Of a stretch of 64,000 bases of DNA, positions 1 to 13,128 are shown one piece after another. Numbering within the stretch: the stretch's first letter is position 1; every line of letters begins with the position of its first letter. The position numbers and the translations under genes were made by a program. Origin of the DNA: Eledone cirrhosa (taxonomy: Eukaryota); the NCBI GenBank assembly GCA_964016885.1, contig OZ024741.1, forward strand, positions 176,638,001 through 176,702,000, written 5' to 3'. The notes under the pieces were generated by a model. It was not told the DNA's origin and made no database searches. It worked only from the letters and a program-made list of their open reading frames with translations.

Positions 1-748
1 GGTTATTGTATTCCATCTTAGTTTACTAGTGTGTGTTTATGTGCTTGTTGTTATTGTGCTTGTGTATGTATTTATTTATTTATTTATACTTTTCTTAGGT
101 CAGTATTGTTTGTTTGGGTGTTGTTTTTCTTCCATTCATTTTTTTCTGTTTAGCCTTGCCCTTCTAATTTCTATTTCGCTGGCCTCTCTGATTTGCCTAT
201 CTGCTGGGTCATTTCTATGTTTAGATATTATTCTAATTTCTATGTTGTCTATGTTACCGTCGTGTTGTCGTCTGGCATGTTCCTATAGTACTGAATTGTT
301 TTTTCGGCCTTTTAGTTCCCCCCAGTGTTGGTCCATCCTTTCACCTATGCTACGAGCAGTCTCGCCTATGTATGTTGTTTTCATGTTTCTGCAAGCACCC
401 TCTGTACACCTTATGTTATAGACTACGTTTCTAGTTTTACAGTTTATCCGGGGGCTTACTTTACATATAATACAGTTCCTATTAGTACAATGGGTTTTCT
501 TAAAAGGGTAGGTTTTGCTGATCAGGGATGTTCTGGTTGTTTCTGGCTTTTCTACCACCTTAATCTTTAAGTGGGTCTTTCTCAGGGCTTTTCTACACTG
601 GTTAGCTAATTTCCCTCCAGGGGTAGCGTCCACAAACATGACACTCTGGTATCTCTGGTTATCGTAACATGAGGTGGCTTTCCCTATCTTATGTCTAGTC
701 CTATCTAAGCTATTCCATGATTTGCTCCTGTATAATGGGCAAATCTCG
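1..748 (-). mobile_element. PLE family A, 3' part (RT C-terminus/linker + GIY-YIG); inverted arm running off the window start
   Basis: ORF 283-639(-) has NVVYNIRC..C..TYIGETARSIGER (GIY-YIG). Reverse complement of ~1435-2165. Confidence 0.9.
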
Positions 749-754
749 TTGAAT

Positions 755-822
755 TTGAATATGTTGCCCTTTAGGGTAGTTTTGGTAGTATCAAAACTAC
801 CCTAAAGGACCACATATTCAAA
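755..822. repeat. short hairpin at the PLE inversion junction
   Basis: ctttagggtagttttg / caaaactaccctaaag flanked by tttgaatatgt / acatattcaaa. Confidence 0.85.
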
Positions 823-2748
823 TCTACACCCAGAATGAAGGAGCAGCTATTGACGTCAGCATAGCTGGTGACGTTGCCAACCTTTTTATGGTATGGTGGG
901 AATGGTGACACAAAGAACTCCTTGATGAGAGATCCATAGACCCCATCATGTACTCTCGTTACGTATACGACATCAATATAGTAATAAGGACAAGTTTAAT
1001 TTAGAACGTAGCACAATGGAAAGAATCCAGCAGATAGCTAATTCCATACACCAGAATATAAATGTAACTATCGACTACACTTCCAAACGCCCTAACATTA
1101 GACTACCTGTATTAGACACGGAACTCTGGATTAACACTATAGACGAGAGAGCCCAAATTCTCCACTCACACTATGCTAAATCAATGCCCTCCAAATACCT
1201 GATACTCAAAACCTCAGCAATGTCCAGTAGTGCTAAGTTTAATATTCTGATCGCAGACTTGGTACGAGTGATGAAGAACGTGTCTCGCATGTGCGACCCA
1301 ACAGAAATGGAAAGACACATCCAACACTTCATCAACCGCATGCAGTTCTCTGGCTACAACCAAAGAGACACAATCAGAGTATACGAAGGAGCCACGGAGA
1401 CGTATCAGACACTCATAGAACTGGACATGAAAGGAATTTGCCCATTATACAGGAGAAAATCATGGAATAGCTTAGATCAGACAAGACATAAGATAGGGAA
1501 AGCCACCTCATGGTACGACAACCAGAGTGTCATGTTTTGGACGCTACCCCTGGTGGGAAATTAGCTAACCAGTGTAGAAAGGCCATGAGAAAAACCCACT
1601 TAAAGATTAGGGTGGTAGAAAAGCCATGAACCACCATACCATCCCTGATCAGCAAAACCTACCCTTTTAAGAAAACTCATTGTACTAATAGGAACTGTAT
1701 TATATGTGAACTAAACCCCCAGATAAACTGTAAAACTAGAAACGTAGTCTATAGCATAAGGTGTACAAAGGGTGCTTGCAGAAACATGACAACAACATAC
1801 ATAGGCGAGACAGCTCGTAGCATAGGTGAAAGGATAGACCAACATTGGGGGGAACTAAAAGGACGAAAAAACAGTTCAGTACTATACGAACATGCCAGAC
1901 AACACCACCACGGTAACATAGACAACATAGAAATTAGAATATTATCTAAACATAGAAATGACCCAGCAGATAGGCAAATCAAAGAGGCTAGCGAAATAGA
2001 ACTTAGAGGGCCAAGGCTAAACAGAAAAAATGAATGGAATAACAACAACACCCAAACAAACAATATTGACCTAAGAGAAGTATAAATAAATAAATACATA
2101 CACAAGCACAATAACAACAAGCACATAAACACACACTAGTAAACTAAGATAGAATACAATAACCAATACACAGTCACCTAAGCCCGAACACACATCAAAC
2201 ACTATACACACACGCAAACGCATGCGCAGAGAAGACAAAACCAAAAATATATAAATAAATAAATAAACAGACTTAATAAAGATGGCGTAGGCATACAATA
2301 CAACGGGAGGAAATATAATAGCACCACTTATGATGTTGCAGATGTCCAACGAAAGAACTTTGTTAGACTATATATATGTGTTTGTGTCTATATTATATCT
2401 GTATTTTTGACCGTTGCTCAGTCAATGGTAACATTGAGGACCGAATAAATTAAATTAACCGATATAAAAGACACAGAAGCGAAAACCAAGCAAACAGTGA
2501 ATGTGTTCTGTTATCAATTCTGGCAATATTATTTTGGCAGTATTGCTTTTCAGCGTAGCTACGTCCCTTTACGATCTGAGTTCAAATCCCTCCGCGGTTA
2601 CCTTTCCCTTTCATCCTTACAGGGTCGATAAAATAAAGTACCAGTAATACACTGGGTAATTGCTGGCCTTACCCAAATATGACTCTCCCCATGTATAAAA
2701 CTATTTGTTTCGACACACGATTTCATATCAAAATCCTCGCAAAACTAT
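792..2748 (+). mobile_element. PLE family A, 5'-truncated degenerate copy (RT motifs B/C, GIY-YIG, 3' UTR with mutated HHR)
   Basis: IYTQNEGAAI..IAGDVANLFMVWW, RYVYDINIV (YVDD-like), LPVLDTELW, TYIGETARSIGER; frameshifts and stops; ends in (TA)n. Confidence 0.9.
2534..2668 (+). mobile_element. tRNA-derived SINE family 2 (partial) inserted in the PLE 3' UTR
   Basis: B-box gagttcaaatcc and gggtcgataaaataaagtaccagt shared with other copies; interrupts the family A terminus. Confidence 0.8.
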
Positions 2749-2754
2749 TTTATA

Positions 2755-3634
2755 TATATAAATACGATATTAACAAATGGAAGCTATATTTATAAAACCA
2801 TATTTATTTCATTATACATATTTCAAGGACACCAAGTTAAATTATGGTGTGCTTTCATCAGTCAAAATATAATATAGATCAGTTTTATAAATAAATATTG
2901 ACATACCCTTAAAAAATGCAACCATTACTGTTGGAAGCTCCCGGATAGTGGAGTTGTTTACTTATATTATTAGTATTGGATATTTTTATTTTTAGAATAA
3001 GCCGTTGGGTTACAGAGAAAGAAAAACAAGGAGAGAGAGAAAAAGAGAGAAAGAGAGAAAAAGGGAGAACAAAAGAGAGAAAAGAGAGAGAGAGAGATAT
3101 CAAAGCAACAGAGATATATATATATATAGAGAGAGAGGAGACGGAGAGAAGGGGAGAGAACGAAAACTGTAAGTCATATCTTGTTGAGTTAACTTAACAA
3201 TTGAGATGAAATGAATAAATAAAATTAGAAATGTTAATAATAATGAATGGAATATACATATATAATATGAGAAATTAATCATTGTTTAAATATAACTAGA
3301 TGTTTAGTTAATCATTTAAAAATTGAGATCAATATATTAAAAATTGGGATCTATACATTAAGAAATCCATATATTGCTAGAGAACTACATATCATATAAC
3401 ACGTATACACACGCAAAAATACATATAAATATATATACACACTTATAAAATACATACCATATCTAACTACGTATATAATATATACACACAAAGCATAAAG
3501 GATTCTTTAATTTAATGTTATACACGCTTTATGTTATTAAATAAACATTTTTTATATAAGTTTTATAAGATTACCTGTTATGTATTTATGGCTGTTAATT
3601 ATATGTCTATCTGTCAGGAATCATTGGGATAAAC
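2755..3634 (-). mobile_element. PLE-like 3' UTR/terminus, related to 62191-63035
   Basis: 2765-3010 is a reverse-complement homolog of ~62760-63030; contains an HHR; abuts (TA)n. Confidence 0.65.
2805..2869 (-). ncRNA. type I hammerhead ribozyme
   Basis: CTGATGA-aagcacacca..tggtgtcctt-GAAA-tatgta-TA-atgaaata. Confidence 0.75.
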
Positions 3635-4191
3635 ACTATCTTAATATTTAGTTTAAGTTTATCTAGGGCTCTTCTAAATTTGTAAGCTGGTTCACCTCTA
3701 GGAGCTGTATTGATGAACATTACACTCAGGTATATATTGCTATCATACCATGAGTTTATTCTATTAACCATATTCCTTTTTCTTTCTATTCTATTCCAAA
3801 ATTTGCTCCTATACAAGGGGCAGGTCCCATTTGTATCATTATTTACCATTTTTTCCCATTTGGTTCTGGCTCCTCTATATACTCTGATTTTATCAGTCTG
3901 ATTGTAACCAGAGAACTGCATACGGTGGATGAAGTGTTGTATGTGTCACTCTAGTTCTATGGGGTTGCACATGCGGGACACGTTCCTCATCACCCGTACT
4001 AAATCCGCAATCAGTATGTTGATCTGAAACAGCTGAGTTCCGGTGGATCAGGTATTTTGAAGTCATGGGTTTGGCATAATGGGAACGGAAGATTTGTTTC
4101 TTTTTTTGTTATTAATGGTTTTTAACCAGAGCTCTGTGTCTAGTACAGGTAATCGATGGTTGGGGTGTTTGCTTGGGTAGTCTATAGTAAC
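3635..4191 (-). pseudogene. RT C-terminal fragment of a diverged family A sister PLE
   Basis: RMQFSGYNQ..CPLYRSKFW..SVMFINTAPRG, homologous to but diverged from ORF 13809-14360. Confidence 0.85.
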
Positions 4192-4867
4192 TCAGTACTA
4201 TACGAACATGCCAGACAACAACACGACGGTAACATAGACAACATAGAAATTAGAATAATATCTAAACATAGAAATGCCCAGCAGATAAGCAAATCACAGA
4301 GGCCAGCGAAATAGAACTTAGAAGGCCAAGGCTAAACAGAAAAAAATGAATGGAATAACAACAACACCCAAACAAACAACACTGACCTAAGAGAAGTATA
4401 AATAAATAAATAAATACATACACAAGCACAATAACAACAAACACATAAACACGCTAGTAAACTAAGATAGAATACAATAACCAATACACAGTGACCGAAA
4501 CACGAACACACATCAAACACTATGCACACACGCAAACGCATGCGCAGAGAAGACAACGAAAAAATAAATAAATAAACAGACTAAATAAAGATGGCGTAGG
4601 CATACAATACAACGGGAGGAAACATAATAGCACCACTGACGATGTTGCAGATGTGCAACGAAAGAACTTTGTTAGACTATATATATGTGTTTGTGTCTAC
4701 ATTATATCTGTATTTTTGACCGTTGATCAGTCAATGGTAACAGTCTGGACCGAATAAATTAAATTAACTGATATAAAAAACACAGAAGCGAAAACCAACC
4801 AAACAGTGAGTGTGTTCTGTTATTAATTCTGGCAATATTATTACACAAATATGACCCTTCCCAAGTA

Positions 4868-4872
<5 letters not shown>
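4192..4872 (+). mobile_element. PLE family A 3' end
   Basis: Matches ~1877-2700; ends ccaagtataac followed by (TA)n. Confidence 0.9.
4631..4675 (+). ncRNA. minimal type I hammerhead ribozyme (family A)
   Basis: CTGACGA-t-gttgca gatg tgcaac-GAAA-gaac-TT; stem I weak. Confidence 0.7.
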
Positions 4873-4922
<50 letters not shown>

Positions 4923-6993
4923 GTTTATTCATATAGTAATTGTAAAATAAGCGGCAAATAAAATGCATCAGTAATATATTAAAGAAAGAATGGGGAATAT
5001 TTAACAGAAAATACAGAGGTGTACATGTAGTTATATGTAAATATATTATGTCATGATTTGTGTATAAAGAAAGAGAAAAAAAAAGGAGAAATAGTGTAGA
5101 AGTTTAAAACCAGAAAGAAGTGGTGTCATGAAAGAGAACAGATAATTATTGAGGAGGACGCGGAATATGCGAAGAAACAACTTTGACGAACTAATGAGTA
5201 ACGACCAATAAAGGTATAGCGAAAATCTAATGGTGCGTGTGTTTCTTTTTATGGGCAATACGGGCAACATAACTATCCACAAGTGTATATATATGTGCAT
5301 ATATATGTATGCATATATATATATAGTGTGTGTGTGTATGTGTGTCTGTGTGTGAGTGTGTGTATTTGTGTGTGTAATTGTGTGTGTGAGTGTGTATTTC
5401 TCTTTCTCTCTCTCACTCCCTCTCTAACTCTCTCTCTCTCTCTCACTCTCCTCCTCTCTCTCTCTTTCTCGCTGTAACTAGCTATATATTTACATATATA
5501 GTGAGAATGTAAAGACTAGATAAATTGTGATAGTCAACGTAGGAGAGAGAAAAACACATGAAAATCAAACGTAGATTTAGAGAAAATATGGAGGTTATTA
5601 TATGAAGATACAATTGTAAGACTGATGATACATGTTATAATGAGAACTCCATATAATTTGATTGTAAATAAAATGTTGAAGCGGAATGAAGCCAAGAAGC
5701 TTAGTAACGGTGAAGAAGAAAACTGTATGTGTGAAAATTTAATCTATTGAAAGGAAAACATAACCTACAAGAGTCATAAATTTTGTAAGTAGTAGAAAAA
5801 AATAACGACAACAAAATATGAAAGTAATAAGGAGTGTGGTTCAACATTGTTATGGAATGAAAATAATGAAATTTTCAGCTGACACGTGTGAAGATTTATC
5901 TGACACCCCACGAGGCAACATCTCATAGGAAGCTTTGTATGTGTTATAAGGGCACGGCGGCATGTCATATCATAAAACACATAGTATATATTGTTGCTAA
6001 ATCTCACACTAATGCAGGTTCCACTGGGTATCAGCGAGGTCGCATCTACCAGAAGGCTTCGTGTGCATTTTAATGATAGAAAACACAGTCAGGTTCTATG
6101 GTAATACATTTACCCAATATATCACACACTGCAATTAAACCCGGAATCTCGTAAAACGAATTTTTTACTCGTTCATGCTAATTGTGTACGGAATTGGGTA
6201 CATGGAAATTGTTTGGAAGCCCTTCCAATAGACTGCTTCTATAATATTCAAACTAATCAGTATACTTGCACAGTGTGCCACACTGAATCACTCTGGAAAT
6301 TGTTAAGTTTACACATATATATGAAACACCCAGGCATCTGAAGTTTCATTTAATGAGTAGCCGATCCTGATGGGGAAACACCTCGTCCATTCATAGTCAC
6401 AACCGACGGAGGTTCCTCTACTTTACTATAAAGGGGACTAAAATATAGGAAAAGTATGACACAATATCAGAAAGAAATTATAACAGTATGAGAAAAGTTA
6501 GAGAGCTTGGGTACTAGAGGGTAAGAAATAAAATGGTCGAATCGCATGAGAAAAAGAAGAAATGTACATTTAGTGGAACACGAAAGGTTTAAATAGAGCA
6601 TAAGAAGTGGAGTGAAAGGGTTAAGCAGGCTATGAGAAATGGAATGAAAGATAGTATTTGTGGAACTGTTAACAGTGATTGAACTGACAATAATGAAAGT
6701 AATTATTGGTAAAATATGAACGATTTAAACAGTGTGTGAAAAGTTGGGGAAAATAAAATATTTAAATATGATTAAATGGAAAATATTAAACTGAAAAATA
6801 AATATCGGTAAGAAAATGTGAGACTGGATTAAAAAAAAGCAAATGGACGTAACAAAATACTTTAGGTTACCTAAAAGAGTTTATGAATATTATATTAGTA
6901 GTGAGAGGGAAATAGTTTGAGTTGGAAAGAGGAATATGATTGCATGTATGTATGTATACGCATACATACACCAATATGCACACACACACACAC

Positions 6994-7024
<31 letters not shown>

Positions 7025-7308
7025 AAAGGAAAAAAATGAAACGAAATTTCATTTCTCACTCTTAGTACGGCTGTTACTTAAATATAAGTATGTATACGTA
7101 CATACATATATGTATACAGACGTAGAGTAGTATGTATATATATATATACATGCATGCACACATATATACATGTACGCATGGATTCACCGAACATTTATCA
7201 TAATGCTCGGTGTGTTTATAAACAAACATCCCGAACTAAGCCATACAGTGTCTAGCAAGCATCGTTGCTCTTGTAAGTACGTATACATACTTATATATAT
7301 ATATATAA

Positions 7309-7451
<143 letters not shown>

Positions 7452-7509
7452 CATATATATATATATATATGTATATATTTATATATATATATATATAAGT
7501 ATGTATACT

Positions 7510-7540
<31 letters not shown>

Positions 7541-8007
7541 GTGTGTGTGTTTGTGTGTATGTATATTATGTATACATACACTATGGCTTCTTCAATATGA
7601 ATGGTGTATCAGTGTTCAATAACAATACGATATATATATATATATATATATATGTGTATATTCTCTGCGAGAGAGAGAGGGAGGGGGTGAGAAAGGGAAT
7701 AGAAAAATATAGCAATTGTGGGGAGCCGACGAGCATTAACAAGAAATGATGCCAAATTGTCCTTGGTGATGGAATCAAATTTGGCAGACACTCTAGGTGC
7801 TGCTTTCTGAAACTATTTGTCTTTTGTATAACATTTTGTTTTTACTATAATGTAATAAAAGAAAGTTTTCCCCTTTACTCATCTCATCCCCCCCCCCCCA
7901 TGTTTAGTCTCTTCTCTATCGAACTATTTATGATTCATTTGTTTTATGTTACTTAAACACGTATACGCACATATATGGACACATGCTTATACCCCTGTAC
8001 ACATGCG

Positions 8008-8056
<49 letters not shown>

Positions 8057-8109
8057 ACTAGGTGCATGTGTACTTGTATGAATATATGTATATATGTGTG
8101 AGCGTACCG

Positions 8110-8156
<47 letters not shown>

Positions 8157-8659
8157 CGTGTGTGTGTGTGTGTGTGTGCATGCGAGTGTGTGTACGTCTG
8201 TGTTTTTGTGTGTGCGGCTATATACATCATGGTTGTAATGAAAAAAACGGCAATATCTATGCACAGATGTAATTTTTCAAATATTTTTTCTATTCTCCCA
8301 CTCACATATACTTTTTTATATTGTTACCAAACAGACAGAAAAATAAACCTAAGATCATTCACCTACAAAAACGTGCAGACATATATACATGCATACTCAC
8401 TCACATAAATCTAGACAAGTCTTGAAACACACAAATTTGCACACACCCGATCACACAGAATGTAACACAGAAACTCATTACACAGGCAGATTAGAAGTTT
8501 CTACTGCAGAGTTAATGCAACTTTCTGTTATATTACTGCATCACAATAGATAATATTCTATTCATATACAGAGTAATTTGTAAACCCTGTAAACAATAGA
8601 CACAGGCATACACACGCACGCGCGCACACACGCGCACACACTCTCACACACACACACAC

Positions 8660-8727
<68 letters not shown>

Positions 8728-9185
8728 AAATAAAATAAAACAAGGACGAGTGGTTATTCCTTCATTACGTTTATTGGTTGGTGACGGGCATTTCACTATT
8801 GATCAGCTCAAGGTTCGATCTATATTGATCCAGCCCGACTCTGTAATCTATGACTCATAGCACACGAGGAAATCTAATGTTCATATGGTGGTTAGGGAAA
8901 TTTGTTTTGATTGGTGGGTTAATTCTAAGGAATGTTTCCGCCTGTAGTGTAGGTTGTGCGTGAGTGTAGTGATGAAGTGGTGGTGCGGGACATAGGATGA
9001 AGCGGTTGGCGGGGTTTGTCTTTTTGACTGTCACTAGGCAGTTTGGAGCGTATGTTGAGGCTGATGTTCTGTGTGGGGTGTTGGGAATGGTAACGATGTT
9101 AAGGGGATTCATATATATATATATATATATTAAATAAGAACAGAAGGCCGGAGTGGAATATTTGCTCTAGAATTTTAATTCCGTG

Positions 9186-9262
9186 AACCACTATACACAT
9201 TTCTATGGTTCAGCTCCATCATAAAATTATGATGCAAGAAAGAACGATCTTATCAGGTGATA
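9186..9262 (-). ncRNA. degenerate hammerhead motif near a TA-flanked element end
   Basis: atcac-CTGATAA-(long stem II)-GAAA-tgtgta-TA-gtggt; G8 appears mutated to A. Confidence 0.45.
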
Positions 9263-9824
9263 TCCAAAGAATTACTTAACAGGATTACGTTGAACCCAAA
9301 CAAATAATGGAAGTTAGGAAATAAGGAAAAGAGAGATAAAATTGAAAATTGAAAATTCCATGCAGGGACTGACTGTAAAAAAAAACCCTGCTCACCAATC
9401 CAATGCCTTATTATGGATGGTGTGGAGAATATTCCATCAGAATTGCCCAAATGTTGTTGTTGTCATCTTTGAAATGCACCTAAGGCATCGACCGCGTACT
9501 ACCAGCCTAGAACAAAAATCAGACACGCCTCACATAACAACATACGGGAAGATTATTTCACCTCATCTTATCCCGCTCTCTTTATCATTACACCAAAACA
9601 CATAAAAGCAGAAACAAATCCCACACAATTCAAGACGTCTTTTGACAAAATTCTCCAAGTAATCCCGTATAAACCTCCAAAACTCAGATATGTCTCCGTA
9701 AACAATGATGGTCTATTTGAGTGGACCATGCTGGCCAAATCCTGATTTGAATGACTTCACTAGGTGATGCTACTAAGTTAGACATGATCTGACTCATTAC
9801 TGACCGGAACGCATCTACGTCATA

Positions 9825-10169
<345 letters not shown>

Positions 10170-10173
<4 letters not shown>

Positions 10174-10297
10174 AAAACAGATGAAATCGAAAATGCAACT
10201 GGAGTCATTTTTTATAAAAACATATATTTATTTGGTTCCTTTACCTGTTTGCAGGTCTTCTGCCTTTCAAAAGTAGAATTGAGACGGAAGGTTTGTC
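10170..10297 (-). mobile_element. 3' stub of the Neptune-like PLE family seen at 44876-48852
   Basis: gaaatcgaaaatgcaactggagtc..tcaaaagtagaattgaga matches ~44953-45060. Confidence 0.8.
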
Positions 10298-10926
10298 ATC
10301 CCCCCTCCCCCCATATATATATATATAAGAGGGTGTTAAAGTTTGCTTGAAGCATTGTGAAATGTGTAAAATACGTAGTTAAGAAAGCCACAACAATGCA
10401 GAGGGAAATCTCGAGGTAGGAAGTGAATGATAGATAGGAGAAACAGGTGAAAGTGAAAATTGAGAGAGACAAAGATGAAAACAAAACAAAGGTAGAAGGG
10501 TTACCGTAGTGGAGATTTAATCCCAATATTTCGGGCTCACGCCCATCAACGGGGGAAAGTTCCAAAAGGGGGGGAACAGGCCAAGCGGATATATATATAT
10601 ACACATACATAATACCTGAATAAATACAAACATACTTTACTCCTGCAAAAAATGTAACTGTTTCTGGCCTTTCTTATTCTTTTTTCGCTGAGTCTCTCTT
10701 CCTATAAATGACTGACTGACTAACGCTGGAAACATAAAGTCAAACCTCTTTTTCTACTATATCAAGCGTAAAACGAACAATGATAATCGTAGTGCATAGT
10801 TTGCCCCTGTTAATTTCCATGTTGATATTTCGCATGAACGCACATATATATCTACATCTACATATATATCTATATCTATATCTATCTATCTATATATCTA
10901 TCTATATATCTATCTATCTATCTATC

Positions 10927-11892
10927 CTGGGTCAAGCAAAGATCCGGAAAACTGGGAGACTGGCACACTGAGTGTGCTCAGGCGCTCAGGGCTCTCTGGC
11001 AAGCGGGCCAGGCCATCGGTGGAGAATCCACCTCATCATTCTATAGAGGGCTGGTGGCTAGCAGGGGCGATGACACCCTTGGAGAGTCGCTGGACATGGA
11101 AGAAGACGAACTGGCCAGCCTGTTCGGTAGGACTTTCGGCCCAGGCCCAATGGACAACTTCCAGAAGTCACTGGCCTGGCAGTGCTACCGAGGGGCTCTA
11201 CCCGTTCGAGAGAGGCTCTACAGACACGGGCGCCCGGGCAGGGATCCCTCAAAAAAGATTTGCCCTAGATGCGTGCGTCACGAAGAAACCGTAGCGCACG
11301 CATTGGTGCAATGTCCGGGCGTGGCTGATCTGTGGGGCTACGCCGAACAACTGCTGTCGCGGGTGGCACCGATTAAATTGACCGCCGAGTCCATGATGAC
11401 AATCAAACCGCCTCCCCTCTTCACAAAGGAAGCAAAGGCGGTTTTTCTGTGCGTAATAGCCATGTTGAAAGAGGTTGTTTGGTGGACACGATTGAAAGGT
11501 CTGAGGTCAGGCAACTTCCTCTCTGGCCATAGTCTGGTCTACTTCTTCCGATATCACTTCGGAAGAAGGATAAGAATGGAGAGAGAGGTGCTTGGCCACA
11601 GGCAGTTTTATGAAAGGTGGGTGATAGTGGCGAGAATGGCTCGTGTAAATGGGCCTTCTCTGTATACCATCCTGTAGGTAAAGAAGTAAAGGAGAGGGAA
11701 GCACCTTCTCCATGTGCTCCCCGGGCAAAGGATTGCACACTTTTTCGGAGGTGTGTGCAACCCCCATCACGTCCCCTCCCTTTTGAGGTTATTTTCGATT
11801 ATTTTCATGTTACACCCTTTTTACTCGATTATATGTAAACTCCCCCTTTGTATTTGTCCCTTCTTTTTATGCCTTTATGGTAAATAAAGAAA
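10927..11892 (+). mobile_element. 5'-truncated L1/Tx1-type LINE 3' end (zf-RVT domain, ORF 11054-11677)
   Basis: WQCYRGALPVRERL..CPRC..EETVAHALVQCP; GC-rich relative to flanks; aataaa near end; (ATCT)n on both sides. Confidence 0.85.
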
Positions 11893-11936
11893 TCTATCTA
11901 TCTATCTATCTATCTATCTCTCTCTCTATATATATA

Positions 11937-12324
<388 letters not shown>

Positions 12325-12407
12325 CCCTACGGTTCTTATATATTTGATATATATTTATCCTTATCGAGCCCTTTTTGGATTTTAGTCTTCAAATTTATTA
12401 TTATTAC

Positions 12408-12536
<129 letters not shown>

Positions 12537-13066
12537 ATACAACATTTAGTACAGCATAATCGAAGCTCTGGCTGCAGTGAAGCTAACGAATGCAGTCGGG
12601 ATGTGCAGCTAAGCACTCAATAAGGTATATTACCTTAGAGTTATAACATTACGTTTAGACAGCTTTGCAAATTGAAGACAGCGACCGATAGACGAGCCGC
12701 TGTGACCAAAGCGACGAAAGAAACTGAACTCAGGAAAATATGACAAACCTGGAGCGTCCCGTTGCTACCATACATAACATATAACACATAATATATAACA
12801 TATAATATATATCACAGATAATATATAATATCCCCGCTAGGTTTCTCTAAATCCGAAATCGACAAACTCCACTTGCAGGGGCCTGCTATTATAGGTTTTA
12901 GATGATAGAACAGTAGAATTTACTTCGTCAACAAGTTTTCGTTCTAGTCCGCCCGGTTGTGATTATTAGCAGTAAACACAGCTAGCAGGTACATGGTTTC
13001 CCCGAAGGGAGGTAACCCCCGGTTTTGGGGGTCAAATTCAAATGTAATGAATTTCTCTCTCTCTCT

Positions 13067-13122
<56 letters not shown>

Positions 13123-13128
<6 letters not shown>

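Noticed and set aside
29-421. Hydrophobic ORFs (also 1749-2132, 14383-14796, 15729-16160) as membrane proteins
   Set aside because: Antisense readings of the PLE GIY-YIG region and A-rich 3' UTR.
12660-12715. Stem-loop gctttg..TTGAAGA cagcg..cgctg..caaagc as HHR or SECIS
   Set aside because: No GAAA after stem II and no SECIS helix II or apical adenosines.
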